Source of the DNA: Verrucomicrobiia bacterium
Lineage (GTDB): Bacteria; Verrucomicrobiota; Verrucomicrobiia; Limisphaerales; UBA1319
Direction: 5' to 3'
DNA length: 64,000 bases
NCBI GenBank assembly: GCA_963664225.1
Contig: OY760937.1
Location: 5,632,001-5,696,000, forward strand
Numbering within the stretch: the stretch's first letter is position 1; the number at the start of each line of letters is the position of its first letter. This document shows positions 1-10,300 of this stretch, piece by piece. Below the pieces are notes generated by a model. The model made no database searches, was not told where the DNA came from, and saw only the letters and a list, made by a program, of their open reading frames with translations. A program made the translations under genes and the position numbers.

Positions 1-92
1 GAGGAAATGAGGCGTCCATCCCGATCAATCGTAAAGCAGCCAACAGGGAATGCCTTGATGGCCTTGTCCAAAGGTTTGGATTTAACGGTCAA
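1..92 (-). CDS. Partial CDS (N-terminus only), hypothetical, possibly Roadblock-like
   Basis: TTG start overlaps the stop of the 89..1186 gene (TTGA); open frame MTVKSKPLDKAIKAFPVGCFTIDRDGRLISS runs off the window edge. Confidence 0.5.
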   Translation of the reverse strand, partial: MTVKSKPLDKAIKAFPVGCFTIDRDGRLIS

Positions 93-1186
93 GAGGCCCA
101 TTTTGAAGTCAGCTCATTCATGGTTTTCCGGATTTGGGCGGGGGACAGCGACCTCTCGAATCCTATGCACAGGCATGCCGAAGGGGATCCGCTTATGGCG
201 ACGTGGCGCTGGATTCCCAAGGCCAGAATCTGGGATGGCTGCCCAAGACGCAATTGCGCTCCCAATCTGGAAAAACCATCGAGGGTTTGCCGGGTCCAAA
301 TGGCCAGAGATTGGGGATTTTCAACAGCCCAGCACTGGGGCGCCTGGCCTGAGGGATCCATGGCCAGCACGAATTCCACACCGGGGTGGCCGCCGATTTC
401 CTGGACTCTGGAGGATGCAGGCGCGGGCGTGGGTGCGATGGCCGCGGCTTCCAGGGCTTGTTGCGGGGATGGACCAACTTGGTAAGCTGCCAGGTTTTCA
501 TCCTGGGCCTGGGCTGTTTCCAGCAAAAGGCCCTGATAGGAAACAAAAATGGCGCGCGGATGATTTGGTTCCGCCGGAAGAAGTTCGAAATTACCTGTTC
601 TCCATGATAAAATCAGATGGAAGGCCGGTTCCCCCGAGAGGTCTTCGGTCATCGCGTCCATGACCTCGCCATTTTGAAACCAAATGCGGCCTTCGCGGAA
701 GCCATTGTTGATGCGCAGGACGGCTGAACTTTGGGAGAGACATTCCAGTTGAACAATGTCCACAAGGCTTTTGCTTTGCATGCCTCGAAAGCCCGCATGG
801 GTTTCCTGGCCGAGGAGAGCTTCGATGCAATCCAGAAACAACTGAGTGGCTTGCGTTGTACTGGGTTTCTCCAGATACAGATCCAGTCCCATTGCGTATG
901 CGCGTGTGCGGAACTGAGGGTCGTTCAGGGAGGTCATCACGGCCGTGCGCATTTGCGGAAACTTCCGGCGAACGATGGATAGGACCTCCAATCCGTGCAT
1001 CTTGGGCATGTTCAAGTCGGACAGGAGGAGGGCGAAGGGTTCAGATTCAAGGAGGGCAATGGCCCGAGCCCCACTATTGGTTGTGCGCACCTCCGGCTGG
1101 CTGGGCAGGCGCGACAGCATTTCCTGGTAGAGTTCGAGCAAGTCCGGATCGTCGTCCACCAAGAGGACTTTAGGGTGCTGGACCAT
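89..1186 (-). CDS. Response regulator: receiver + DUF4388 (PatA_N-like) + C-terminal Roadblock-like domain
   Basis: LLVDDD, SDLNMP (phosphoacceptor Asp), EKP; then SLVDIVQLECL..GRIWFQNGEVMDA..GEPAF..W..GNF typical of DUF4388; start placed at MVQHPK. Confidence 0.85.
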   Translation of the reverse strand: MVQHPKVLLVDDDPDLLELYQEMLSRLPSQPEVRTTNSGARAIALLESEPFALLLSDLNMPKMHGLEVLSIVRRKFPQMRTAVMTSLNDPQFRTRAYAMGLDLYLEKPSTTQATQLFLDCIEALLGQETHAGFRGMQSKSLVDIVQLECLSQSSAVLRINNGFREGRIWFQNGEVMDAMTEDLSGEPAFHLILSWRTGNFELLPAEPNHPRAIFVSYQGLLLETAQAQDENLAAYQVGPSPQQALEAAAIAPTPAPASSRVQEIGGHPGVEFVLAMDPSGQAPQCWAVENPQSLAIWTRQTLDGFSRLGAQLRLGQPSQILALGIQRHVAISGSPSACLCIGFERSLSPAQIRKTMNELTSKWAS

Positions 1187-1298
1187 GGCAATCACATTAA
1201 AGACTGCCATCCTTTATATGCACCCGCTTAAAACAATGCAAGCCAGCATAAAATTATCGACGTCCCCGGGCGTTCGTGCCAGAATAAATTCAAAATCG

Positions 1299-3164
1299 AT
1301 GTTTGCCGCTCTTAAAAAGTTTTTTTCAAGAGGTGCGACCACGAGCGAATCGGCGTCGGTGCCGCCTCCTCAGCCGCAGGTTCCATCTCAGCGCTCCACC
1401 ACCATCTCAAGTCGGACCGCGAGTTCGCCAGTCGCACCGCACATGGGTTCGGCTGTATCGGCATCTCCACCGGCCACGCATGAAGCGCCTCCCAGGGTGG
1501 CTTCTCCATCAGCGGGGAACGCCGGTTACAAGTTTGCCCCGGTCCCGTCAGCCTCGCCTGGAACCGGTGTTCCGCGTGCTCCGATTGCACCGATTGCTCC
1601 CGTGTCCACCGGCGCAGGTATGGCGTCCCCTAATCCTCCCGCATCGGGGGGGGAGACGGTCAGCCTGCCATTGTCTGAATTATTGAAGAGTTTTCCTGAA
1701 CTGATCCAGGCCGGGGTCTTGCGCAAGCCTTCCGCTGATACCTTGATATCCCTGCCCCTGTCTCTTGTTTTGCCGCAAGTGTCCACTGGAGCTATAAAGT
1801 TACCGTTTGGACAGTTTCGCGTTGTTTGTCCGGAGGGGACATTCCCTAATTCCAATGCGCTGGACCAAACCATGGTCACACTGCCATTGGCTCTGATATT
1901 GCCGCGGATCAATCCGGCTTTTCTGGCGCGGCGCTCCAGTCAGCGACGCATTGTCGATCCTGAATCGTTTGAATCCGTATTTGCCCGGGGAGGGCAGCCG
2001 GGGAGTTCCCTCGCGCCATCAGCCGCCATCGGGATGCAGGAAAAACCGGTTGAAGCGCCCTTACCGAATGCGCCAGCAACTCAGCCCCATGTCGCCAATC
2101 CGTTCACACCGGTCGCAGCCTCGGATCCGGCCCCCATACCGATGTCCACCCATCTGCCGTTTGCCAAGGCAGCGCCGCTTCCCAATGCTCCGATAACACC
2201 GTTGCGCGCGTCAGCACCATCTGTTCAGGCTGTGCGTTTGCCTGGCACGCTGCCGACGCCTTCAGAGCAGGCGAAGCTGGCGGAAAGCCTCTGGATCCCA
2301 TTGCACCTTCTGTCTGCGCACTTACCATCAAATGTGCAAATATTATTGGCGGATAATGCGTTTGCCACCAGCAATGTCGGTATTCCGGTGTCCGAATTGG
2401 AAGCGGGACTCAAGCAAGGGAGACTGGTTTTTACATGGAATCAATTGCGAAATTGGATTGAACCCACCCCTCCGGCAGGGGGAGTGGCGGAGGATTCGCT
2501 GGTGCCATTACCGTTACAGTTCATTGTCCCTCTGTTTTTGGCGAAACGCAGCGCAGGCAAGGAAGGTTCCCATAAGAAGGTTGTCCTGGATCAGAATATT
2601 CCCGATGTTTTTGGCTCGGTGGCCACGGATAAAAGAGCCGCCACGGATGTCCCTGCGTCGCCTGCAGCCAGCGAATTGCCGATTGTTGAGACGCCATCCC
2701 AAATTCCACAAGCTCCGGCACGGGCCGCTGTTGCCTTGAAAGAAGAAGTCCCAGCCAAAGCTGCGGGGATGGAGAATTTGGGGGCGATTTTTGGACAACC
2801 GGACAAGGCAACCTGGACACCGTTGGAAATTGTTCGCAATACAGCAAGGCTGCCAGGGATGGTGGGATCCCTTATTTCGCTTCAGGATGGCTTATTGGTA
2901 TCAGGACAGGTGCCGGGTGGCATCAATGCGGAGACGGTTGCCGCTTTTATCCCGCAGGTATTCGGGCGCATGGCTCATTATACCAGGGAACTGAAATTTG
3001 GCGAACCTTCGTATGTCGGGCTTGTGGTTTCGGAATATTCGCTTCACATCTTTAAAACGGGGAGCGTTTATTTTATGGCGATGGGGCGTGCAGGGGAACA
3101 GCCGCCATTGAAGCAACTGAATGAAATTGCGTTGCAAATAGAACGACAATCCAAAACCAATTAA
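1299..3164 (+). CDS. Pro/Ala-rich protein with C-terminal Roadblock/LC7 (MglB-like) domain
   Basis: C-terminal LPGMVGSLISLQDGLLVSG..ETVAAF.. pattern; 5 bp before mglA; start placed at MFAALKKFF. Confidence 0.75.
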   Translation: MFAALKKFFSRGATTSESASVPPPQPQVPSQRSTTISSRTASSPVAPHMGSAVSASPPATHEAPPRVASPSAGNAGYKFAPVPSASPGTGVPRAPIAPIAPVSTGAGMASPNPPASGGETVSLPLSELLKSFPELIQAGVLRKPSADTLISLPLSLVLPQVSTGAIKLPFGQFRVVCPEGTFPNSNALDQTMVTLPLALILPRINPAFLARRSSQRRIVDPESFESVFARGGQPGSSLAPSAAIGMQEKPVEAPLPNAPATQPHVANPFTPVAASDPAPIPMSTHLPFAKAAPLPNAPITPLRASAPSVQAVRLPGTLPTPSEQAKLAESLWIPLHLLSAHLPSNVQILLADNAFATSNVGIPVSELEAGLKQGRLVFTWNQLRNWIEPTPPAGGVAEDSLVPLPLQFIVPLFLAKRSAGKEGSHKKVVLDQNIPDVFGSVATDKRAATDVPASPAASELPIVETPSQIPQAPARAAVALKEEVPAKAAGMENLGAIFGQPDKATWTPLEIVRNTARLPGMVGSLISLQDGLLVSGQVPGGINAETVAAFIPQVFGRMAHYTRELKFGEPSYVGLVVSEYSLHIFKTGSVYFMAMGRAGEQPPLKQLNEIALQIERQSKTN

Positions 3165-3169
3165 GGCAT

Positions 3170-3784
3170 ATGGCGATCATTAATCAGGCCACAAAAGAGC
3201 TGCAGGTCAAAATTGTTTATTACGGTCCGGCGTTATGCGGCAAGACGACCAATTTGCAGCAGGTGCACGGGCAGGTGCAGACCGCGCCGGAGAACAAAGG
3301 CAAACTGGTCTCGCTGGCCACCAGTTCGGACCGGACCTTGTTTTTCGATTTTCTCCCGATTGAATCGTTGTCCATCAAAGGTTTCAAAACGAAGTTCCAG
3401 CTTTATACCGTGCCGGGCCAGGTGATTTACAATACCACCCGGCAACTCGTGCTGCGCGGAGTGGATGGGATTGTGTTCGTGGCGGATTCACAATACGAGA
3501 AGATGGCGGAAAACGTGGAGAGTTTTTCCAATATGGAGGAAAATCTCAGATCCTTGAAAATGAATCTGGCCGAAATTCCATACGTGCTGCAATTCAACAA
3601 ACGGGATTTGCCCAATGCGGCTCCAATCGATTACATGGAGTTTCTATTGAACAACCGCGACATTCAAGTGCCCTCGTTTAGCGCTTGCGCCCACAAGTGC
3701 GAAGGTGTGTTTGAAACGTTGAATATGATCAGCCGTCTCTTGTTGCAGAAATATTTGACGGAAACTTCCCGTAAAATCGCCTGA
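3170..3784 (+). CDS. mglA: MglA-family small Ras-like GTPase
   Basis: KIVYYGPALCGKTTNL, DRTLFFD, LYTVPGQ, GVDGIVFVADS, NKRD motifs. Confidence 0.95.
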   Translation: MAIINQATKELQVKIVYYGPALCGKTTNLQQVHGQVQTAPENKGKLVSLATSSDRTLFFDFLPIESLSIKGFKTKFQLYTVPGQVIYNTTRQLVLRGVDGIVFVADSQYEKMAENVESFSNMEENLRSLKMNLAEIPYVLQFNKRDLPNAAPIDYMEFLLNNRDIQVPSFSACAHKCEGVFETLNMISRLLLQKYLTETSRKIA

Positions 3785-3785
3785 T

Positions 3786-4265
3786 ATGTTTACACTGCCC
3801 CGTTTGATTCAGGAGGACATGGACCGGATGGAGGCCGCGTTGGACGAATTAATCGCCCGCAGCGAAGCTTCCAACGCCGCCATTCTTGACAAGGGCGGTT
3901 TTATTGTGGCGTCCCGAGGGGCGTTGGAATCCTACGACCTGACGACGCTGGCCGCGCTGGCCGCCGCTTCGTTTACGGCCAATCAAGCGATTGCCAATCT
4001 GATTCACGAGACCAATTTTTCCAGCGTTTATCAGCAGGGGGAGAGCTTCAGCATGCTCGTCAACAACGTGGATGAGCAGTGTCTGTTGGTGGTTATTTTT
4101 AAGGCGCAATTAAGCGTGGGCGCCGTCAAATATTACGCCCGGGACACCATCCTAAGGGTGATTGACCAAATGGAAAAAGCCCGCAAACGGACGCCGGAAG
4201 AGGGCGTTGACCTGGCCATGCTGAATGTGAGCGATACGTCCCAGGTGTTTCGCAAGAAAGACTGA
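3786..4265 (+). CDS. mglB: MglB-family Roadblock/LC7 protein (putative GAP)
   Basis: LDKGGFIVA..LAALAAASFTANQAIA..FSSVYQQGE..LLVVIF..SVGAVK; 1 bp after mglA. Confidence 0.88.
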   Translation: MFTLPRLIQEDMDRMEAALDELIARSEASNAAILDKGGFIVASRGALESYDLTTLAALAAASFTANQAIANLIHETNFSSVYQQGESFSMLVNNVDEQCLLVVIFKAQLSVGAVKYYARDTILRVIDQMEKARKRTPEEGVDLAMLNVSDTSQVFRKKD

Positions 4266-4345
4266 GTTTTCCCGATAATATGCACGGGATTAGCCCGTGT
4301 ATAGCAGACTTGCCAAAGGTTGATCCGATTTGGTTAAATCCCCGC

Positions 4346-5701
4346 GTGTTGAATCAACAAACGCTTCGTGAGCCAGTGAGCTTTGCCGGCATTGGCCTGC
4401 ATAGCGGGAATGGGGTCGAAATGACCTTGCTGCCCGCCGCGCCGAACACCGGCATCCGTTTTCGCCGCGTGGATCTGGACGGCAAGCCGGAAATTGAGGC
4501 GCGGATTGAAAACGTGAGTGACACCACGCGCTCGACCACTTTATCCAAAGGCAATGTCAAAATCCATACCGTGGAGCATGTTCTTGCGGCCTTGGCGGGA
4601 TTCGAAATCGACAATGCCATTGTGGAACTCAACGCAAACGAGCCTCCCATCGCGGATGGCAGCGCGAGGGAGTATTGCAAGTTGATCCAGTCCTCGGGCA
4701 TTCAGGCGCAGTTGGATGCGCGGGATGTGTTCAAAATTGAGGCCCCCATTGAAATTACACTGGGGGACACCGTCATGTCGGCGTTCCCTTATGACCGCTT
4801 GAAGGTTTCCTGCGTGAGCGTCGATAAACGGGGCCAGCACACCCAGCATTTCAGCGTGGAGGTCAATCCAGAGACCTGGCTAAAGGAAATATCCGCGGCG
4901 CGGACTTTTTGTTTTTATGAAGAGATCGAGCTGCTGATCAAGAACGGTTTGATCAAGGGAGGCAGCCTTGAAAATGCGGTCGTGATCCGGGATGATGCGA
5001 TCCTGACAACCGAGCCGCTCCGATATCCAGAGGAATTTGTTCGGCACAAAATATTGGATATCTTGGGCGACCTTTCGCTCCTTGGCCGACCGATTCGCGG
5101 ACACATCATGGCCGTCAAGCCAAGTCATGCGGCCAATTGCGAACTCGTGCGTCAGATTGCCGCGCAGATGCGAAAGCCGTTGGTGGCCGCGCAGTCTTTT
5201 GCCCCACCGCCCGCAGCGCCATCCGTTTCGGACAAGCCCAAGACCGAGGATGAATTGGTTGTTCGTGACGGCTCGCGCTTCGATATTCTGCAGTTGCTTA
5301 AAATTTTGCCACATCGTTACCCGTTCGTCATGGTGGACCGGGTCATCAAGGTGGAAGGAAACAAGATTACGGCCATCAAGAACGTGAGCATGAACGAGCC
5401 GTATTTTCAGGGACACTTTCCAAATCATCCCATCATGCCCGGGGTCCTGCAACTGGAGGCCATGGCCCAAGTGGCGGGCATTCTGATGCTTCGACAGGCG
5501 GAGAATCTGGGCAAGCTCGCCTATTTCATGGCGGCCGAAAACGTCAAATGGCGCAAGCCTGTGCGTCCGGGCGATCAATTGGTCATTGAGATCGAACTGA
5601 CGAAGATTCGCGGCAAAATTGGCAAGGCCAGCGGGGCTTGCAAGGTCGATGGCGAAGTGGTCAGCGAGGCTGAAGTGACTTTTATGCTGGGCGATGCCTG
5701 A
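4346..5701 (+). CDS. lpxC: Bifunctional UDP-3-O-acyl-GlcNAc deacetylase / 3-hydroxyacyl-ACP dehydratase (LpxC-FabZ fusion)
   Basis: QQTL..GIGLHSG, TVEHVLAAL, HKILDILGDL (LpxC); LPHRYPF, FQGHFP, PGVLQLEAMAQ (FabZ); GTG start inferred. Confidence 0.95.
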   Translation: MLNQQTLREPVSFAGIGLHSGNGVEMTLLPAAPNTGIRFRRVDLDGKPEIEARIENVSDTTRSTTLSKGNVKIHTVEHVLAALAGFEIDNAIVELNANEPPIADGSAREYCKLIQSSGIQAQLDARDVFKIEAPIEITLGDTVMSAFPYDRLKVSCVSVDKRGQHTQHFSVEVNPETWLKEISAARTFCFYEEIELLIKNGLIKGGSLENAVVIRDDAILTTEPLRYPEEFVRHKILDILGDLSLLGRPIRGHIMAVKPSHAANCELVRQIAAQMRKPLVAAQSFAPPPAAPSVSDKPKTEDELVVRDGSRFDILQLLKILPHRYPFVMVDRVIKVEGNKITAIKNVSMNEPYFQGHFPNHPIMPGVLQLEAMAQVAGILMLRQAENLGKLAYFMAAENVKWRKPVRPGDQLVIEIELTKIRGKIGKASGACKVDGEVVSEAEVTFMLGDA

Positions 5702-5705
5702 TGCC

Positions 5706-6479
5706 ATGAGCGAGATTCATCCATCGGCGGTCATCGATTCCCGGGCGCAGATTGGCCAGGATTGCATCATTGGGCCCTACTGCATCATCGGAGCGGATGT
5801 GGTGCTGGGGGATCGTTGCCGTCTACATTCGCATGTGGTGATTGAGGGTCACACGGTCCTGGGGGCGGATAACGAGATTTACCCGTTTGCCTGCATCGGT
5901 TTGAAGACCCAGGATTTGAAATGGAAGGGTGGGCTGACAAGAACTGAGATCGGAGCGCGCAACACGTTTCGCGAATACGTGACCATTCACAGCGCCACGG
6001 GCGATGGTGAAGTGACACGGGTGGGATCAGAGAACAACCTGCTGGCCTATTGCCATGTGGCCCACAATGTGACCATGGGCAACCGCATCATCATGTCCAA
6101 CGTGGCCACATTGGCGGGGCATGTGACCGTTGAAGATTTCGCCATTGTCGGGGGATTGGCGGCGGTGCATCAGTTTTGTCGCATTGGAAAAATGTCGATC
6201 ATTGGCGGATGCTCGAAGGTGGTGCAGGACGTGCCTCCATTCATGCTTATTGATGGCAATCCGGCTCAGACCCGAACAATCAACAAGGTGGGGATGGAGC
6301 GCAATGGAATCTCCGAGGATGCGCAGTCGGCGATGAAACACGCCTACAAGATTCTGTTTCGCGAAGGGCTGACCATATCCAATGCCCTGACCCGGATTGA
6401 GGCTGAATTGCCGCCTTTGCCCGAAATCAAGCATCTCGTCGAGTTTGCCCGGTCAAGCGAGCGCGGATTGAGCAAGTGA
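5706..6479 (+). CDS. lpxA: Acyl-ACP--UDP-N-acetylglucosamine O-acyltransferase
   Basis: Hexapeptide repeats, QDLK, HVAHN, LAGHV, VHQFCRIG, QDVPPF; follows lpxC-fabZ. Confidence 0.95.
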   Translation: MSEIHPSAVIDSRAQIGQDCIIGPYCIIGADVVLGDRCRLHSHVVIEGHTVLGADNEIYPFACIGLKTQDLKWKGGLTRTEIGARNTFREYVTIHSATGDGEVTRVGSENNLLAYCHVAHNVTMGNRIIMSNVATLAGHVTVEDFAIVGGLAAVHQFCRIGKMSIIGGCSKVVQDVPPFMLIDGNPAQTRTINKVGMERNGISEDAQSAMKHAYKILFREGLTISNALTRIEAELPPLPEIKHLVEFARSSERGLSK

Positions 6480-6502
6480 GCAGGGATGGTGTAGCGCGGT
6501 TT

Positions 6503-7240
6503 TTACCGGCGACCGTCATACCAGATATAGCAGTCTTTGCGGTCTTTCAGACTGCGACCACGACGTATGATGGTTTTCCAGAAAAGGGAGAAATAGTCGC
6601 CCAATGTATAAAGGTGGAGCTTCCTGGATGAGGTGACGAGGGGGTGTTTATGGAGGATGACGATTTTGCGTTTCATCCGGCGTGCCTCAGCCTTCAACCG
6701 CCTGCTCAGGTCGAGTTCTTCCGACGCAAATAATTCGAGACTGAATCCGCCGATCTGGCGAAAAACAGACGTTTCACAAAAGATAAATGAGCCGGCCATC
6801 CATCGAATGCAGCGGCTGAGCCAATTCCACAAGGGAACGAATTGGGCCGCCAGCTTGTTGCTGGCATCGAATTTCAGAAGGCAACCCCCCGCCAGGGTTT
6901 GCCCACCGGCAATTTCATCGGCCACTTCCTGGAATAATTCGACGCTTGGAAACGAATCCGCATCGACAAACACCAACCAGTCACCTGTGGTGGCGGCGGC
7001 ACCCGTGTTACGCGCGCGTGAAATCTGGTTAATTGGCTCAAAAACGACGGTGACCCCGGCGGCGCGAGCCACTGCGGCGGTGCCATCGGTGGAATTATTG
7101 TCGCAAACGATGATCTCCCGTTCCCAGCCACGGGCATCCAATGCGGCACAGGCCGCCTGAACGCTCCGCAGCGTATCTGGCAGCAGTTTTTCCTCGTTGT
7201 ATGCGGGTATGACAATGGATATTTTCAAGTGCAGGGCCAA
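6503..7240 (-). CDS. Glycosyltransferase family 2
   Basis: SIVIPAYNEE, CDNNSTDGT, ARNTGA, FVDAD, TSSRK. Confidence 0.9.
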   Translation of the reverse strand: MALHLKISIVIPAYNEEKLLPDTLRSVQAACAALDARGWEREIIVCDNNSTDGTAAVARAAGVTVVFEPINQISRARNTGAAATTGDWLVFVDADSFPSVELFQEVADEIAGGQTLAGGCLLKFDASNKLAAQFVPLWNWLSRCIRWMAGSFIFCETSVFRQIGGFSLELFASEELDLSRRLKAEARRMKRKIVILHKHPLVTSSRKLHLYTLGDYFSLFWKTIIRRGRSLKDRKDCYIWYDGRR

Positions 7241-7392
7241 AGTCGTTTGTCGGAGGGCCGTCGTAAAGAAGAAAAGGGAGACTTTGGTTCCTCAAGAACT
7301 AGTTGCAGGCTTGTAGTGCTTGCATTGTGGGCACAATCCTGTGATGGCGGCGCGGATGGAGCAAAAAATATTTCTTAACGTCTAATCATCTG

Positions 7393-10300
7393 ATGAAACC
7401 GAAAACTCAACGGTATGCGGGGAAGATTGAAGCAACTTCGGCCATTTTATTTCATGCTCCTTACGCCGGTCATGCATGCAGATTGATTTGTTGCATATTA
7501 TTCGTTCTGGGGCTGCTTTTGCCGGGGCGTTCCCTGGCTCAAACTCTCATCAACGTCGATTTTGGTGTCGGCAAGTCGAGTCCCAAGACTGGCTGGGCTG
7601 CCACCGGACAAAGCAGCAATGATTTTTGGAATCTTTATCGCCACTATGACCCGAAGTTTTCCCCGGGCATGCCCCTGGTGACCAACGGACTTCTTGCCGA
7701 GGTCAAATTTTCAGACGGCTCCGCTTCACCCGTGTCCATTGCCGTTTCCAACGCGCCGGGAGTCTGGGGAAACACCACCGGGGACGCCATGCTTGATTCG
7801 TATCTGTTTTCGATGAACGGGAGCAATATCACGGCGACGATCAGCAACCTACCCGCAGGCCGATACCATTTTTATCTGTATGGGCACGCGGATGCGGACG
7901 TTACAGGAGAACAGAACAGTCTGTTTACGATCGAAAGCGGAACAAACCGGTTTGGACCCTTGACTTCCGAATTGGGAACCAGGAAGGCGTCGATCAACGA
8001 GCCTGGAGTCTCCATCCATGCCGGAGAATCGCGGGAAAGTTATCCATTCGCTCTGTTTCGAGATGTGCAAGTTTTCGAAGGAATTCCAGTGAACCTGGTG
8101 GTATCCGCAGGTCCCAATGGCGTGCCAGTGCTCAATGGAATGCAGATCGCCTCCCGCGGAACCAGTCCTCCTGGATTACTCGCGGCCGGACCCTTGCTTC
8201 CCGTTGACACCGCAACGAATCTGTTGTTTCGCGAGGTGCGTTACGAGGGAACGGTCACTGACGATGAGGCGCGGTTTCATGTGAACCTGACCGTGGAGTC
8301 CCGGAGCACCAATGAGATTACCGGGATGCTGTTTGAAGGAGATGTCGCAATTCTCGATGCAAAGATGCCTGAGAAATTACGGCTGATGGCTCAACCCAAG
8401 GGCGCCTTGATAGTGGCCAGCGCGCCGGGAGTTTATGAAGTGTCGTTCGATGCCGTGGTCAAAATCCAGCGTGCCGAGCCTTGGAACCAAATCACCTTGA
8501 TCGGTCCGCCCGCTGCCATTGCCTCGGTGAATGCGCGGGCCGCCGGAGCGGATGTGGAGATGCAGCTTCTAAGCGGAACTCTCGTTGATTTGCAGAAGGC
8601 GGACAAAGCATCGGAAGTTCATGGTTTGATCGGGCCGGATCGCATCCTTTTTTTACGGTGGCAAAGCAAGGCCGCGGAGGTTCAACGCAGGTCGTTTGTC
8701 ACGGTCGATACGTTGGCGGGTATTCAAATCACACCCACGGTAGTCCGGTTCAACACCCTCTTTAAATATGACATTCTTCAGGCGACCATCGCCCGTCTTG
8801 TCATTTCGCTTCCCACAAACCAATCCTTGATTCGGCTTCAGGGCGAGCAAATTCGCGACTGGCGCGTGACACCGGACAACGACGCTTCCTTGTTGACGGT
8901 TGAATTCCTCAAGCCGATTGAAAAAACCTATCAACTGACACTGTTAAGCGAGCAAACGGTCGAGTCCACATCCGCTGCCCAGGCTCTGGGAGTGCCGCGT
9001 CCGCAGAAAGTCGAGCGGGAGTCAGGATCGATCAATCTCGCGGTCGATGACACTGTTGCGGAGGTTCAAAGGGCGGAAGGCTTGCGGCAGGTCAACACTC
9101 CGGCAGGCGCAGTGGCTTCGTATCGTTTCAATGCGCGCCCCTTCGCTTTAAGCGCACGCATCCGGCGCATCGAACCGATGATCGAAATTTCCGACCGGGT
9201 GACGGCGCGTTTGGAGGAAAGTCGTTTTCTTGTCGATCATTCCATGAATCTGCAAGTCACAAAGGCTGGCGTGTATTCCATCGAGTTGTCTCCACAAACC
9301 GGTTTTGCAGTCGCAAATGTTACCGGGGAGGGTGTCGATGATTGGAAACTGATCGACGGAAAATTACGCGTCAATTTCACAAGTCGAGTTCTTGGAACGC
9401 GTCCGCTGCGAATTCAATTGGAACAGGCGCTGAAGGAATTTCCCGCGCGGGTGGTGGTCGATCCGCTTCGGCTGACCGGTGCAGCGACTGAAACGGCGGA
9501 AATAGGGGCGGGTGCATTATTCGGATTGCGTGTGAAAACGGCGGAATTGGCGGGCCTGCGCGAAATACCGATCGACCGCCTCAGCCAGCGAACGGATGAA
9601 CTGCTGGCTTATCAATCGGATCAGGCGGCCTGGAGGTTGACGCTTGCAACTGAAAAACTCGCCCCAAGGGTGGTTGCCGACATCTTCAACCTGGTGACGG
9701 TGGGCGACGGTCTGGTGGGCGGCAGCGCCACGATGCGCTTTGGCATCATCAATCAAGGCGTGCGGGAGTTTCATATCAAAGTGCCGTCGCATTGGAAGAA
9801 TGTCGATTTCACCGGGCCAGGGATCCGGCGCAAGGAGCAAACCACCAACGATTGGATCATTGGCCTGCAGGATAAGGCGTGGGGCGGTTATACACTGGTC
9901 ATTACCTATGATTTTCCATTCGATCCCAAAGGTGCGGCATTGGCCGTGGGCGGTGTTCACGCTGCGGATGTGGAGCGGGAAACCGGGAGCATCGCACTGA
10001 CCAGTTCCTCGGGGTTGCGGCTGGACGCGAGGCCCGTTTCGGAGCCGTTACGGCGCATCGACGAGATGGAACTGGCCGCCGAGGATCGCGCATTGATCAT
10101 GCGCCCCGTGATGCTGGCCTACCAATACACCGGCGTGGCCTACGATCTGACCCTGGATGTGGCGCGCTATGAACCTGCGCGCATGCTGGAGGCGGTCGCG
10201 GATCGCACTCAATTGACCACGGTAGTCACCGAGGCGGGCCAGATGCTTACGCAGGCCTCCTTCATGGTTAAAAATAATGAGAAACAATTTCAGCGGTTCC

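Noticed and set aside
1646..1653. G8 homopolymer as a phase-variation tract
   Set aside because: Short, frame intact, no evidence of length variation
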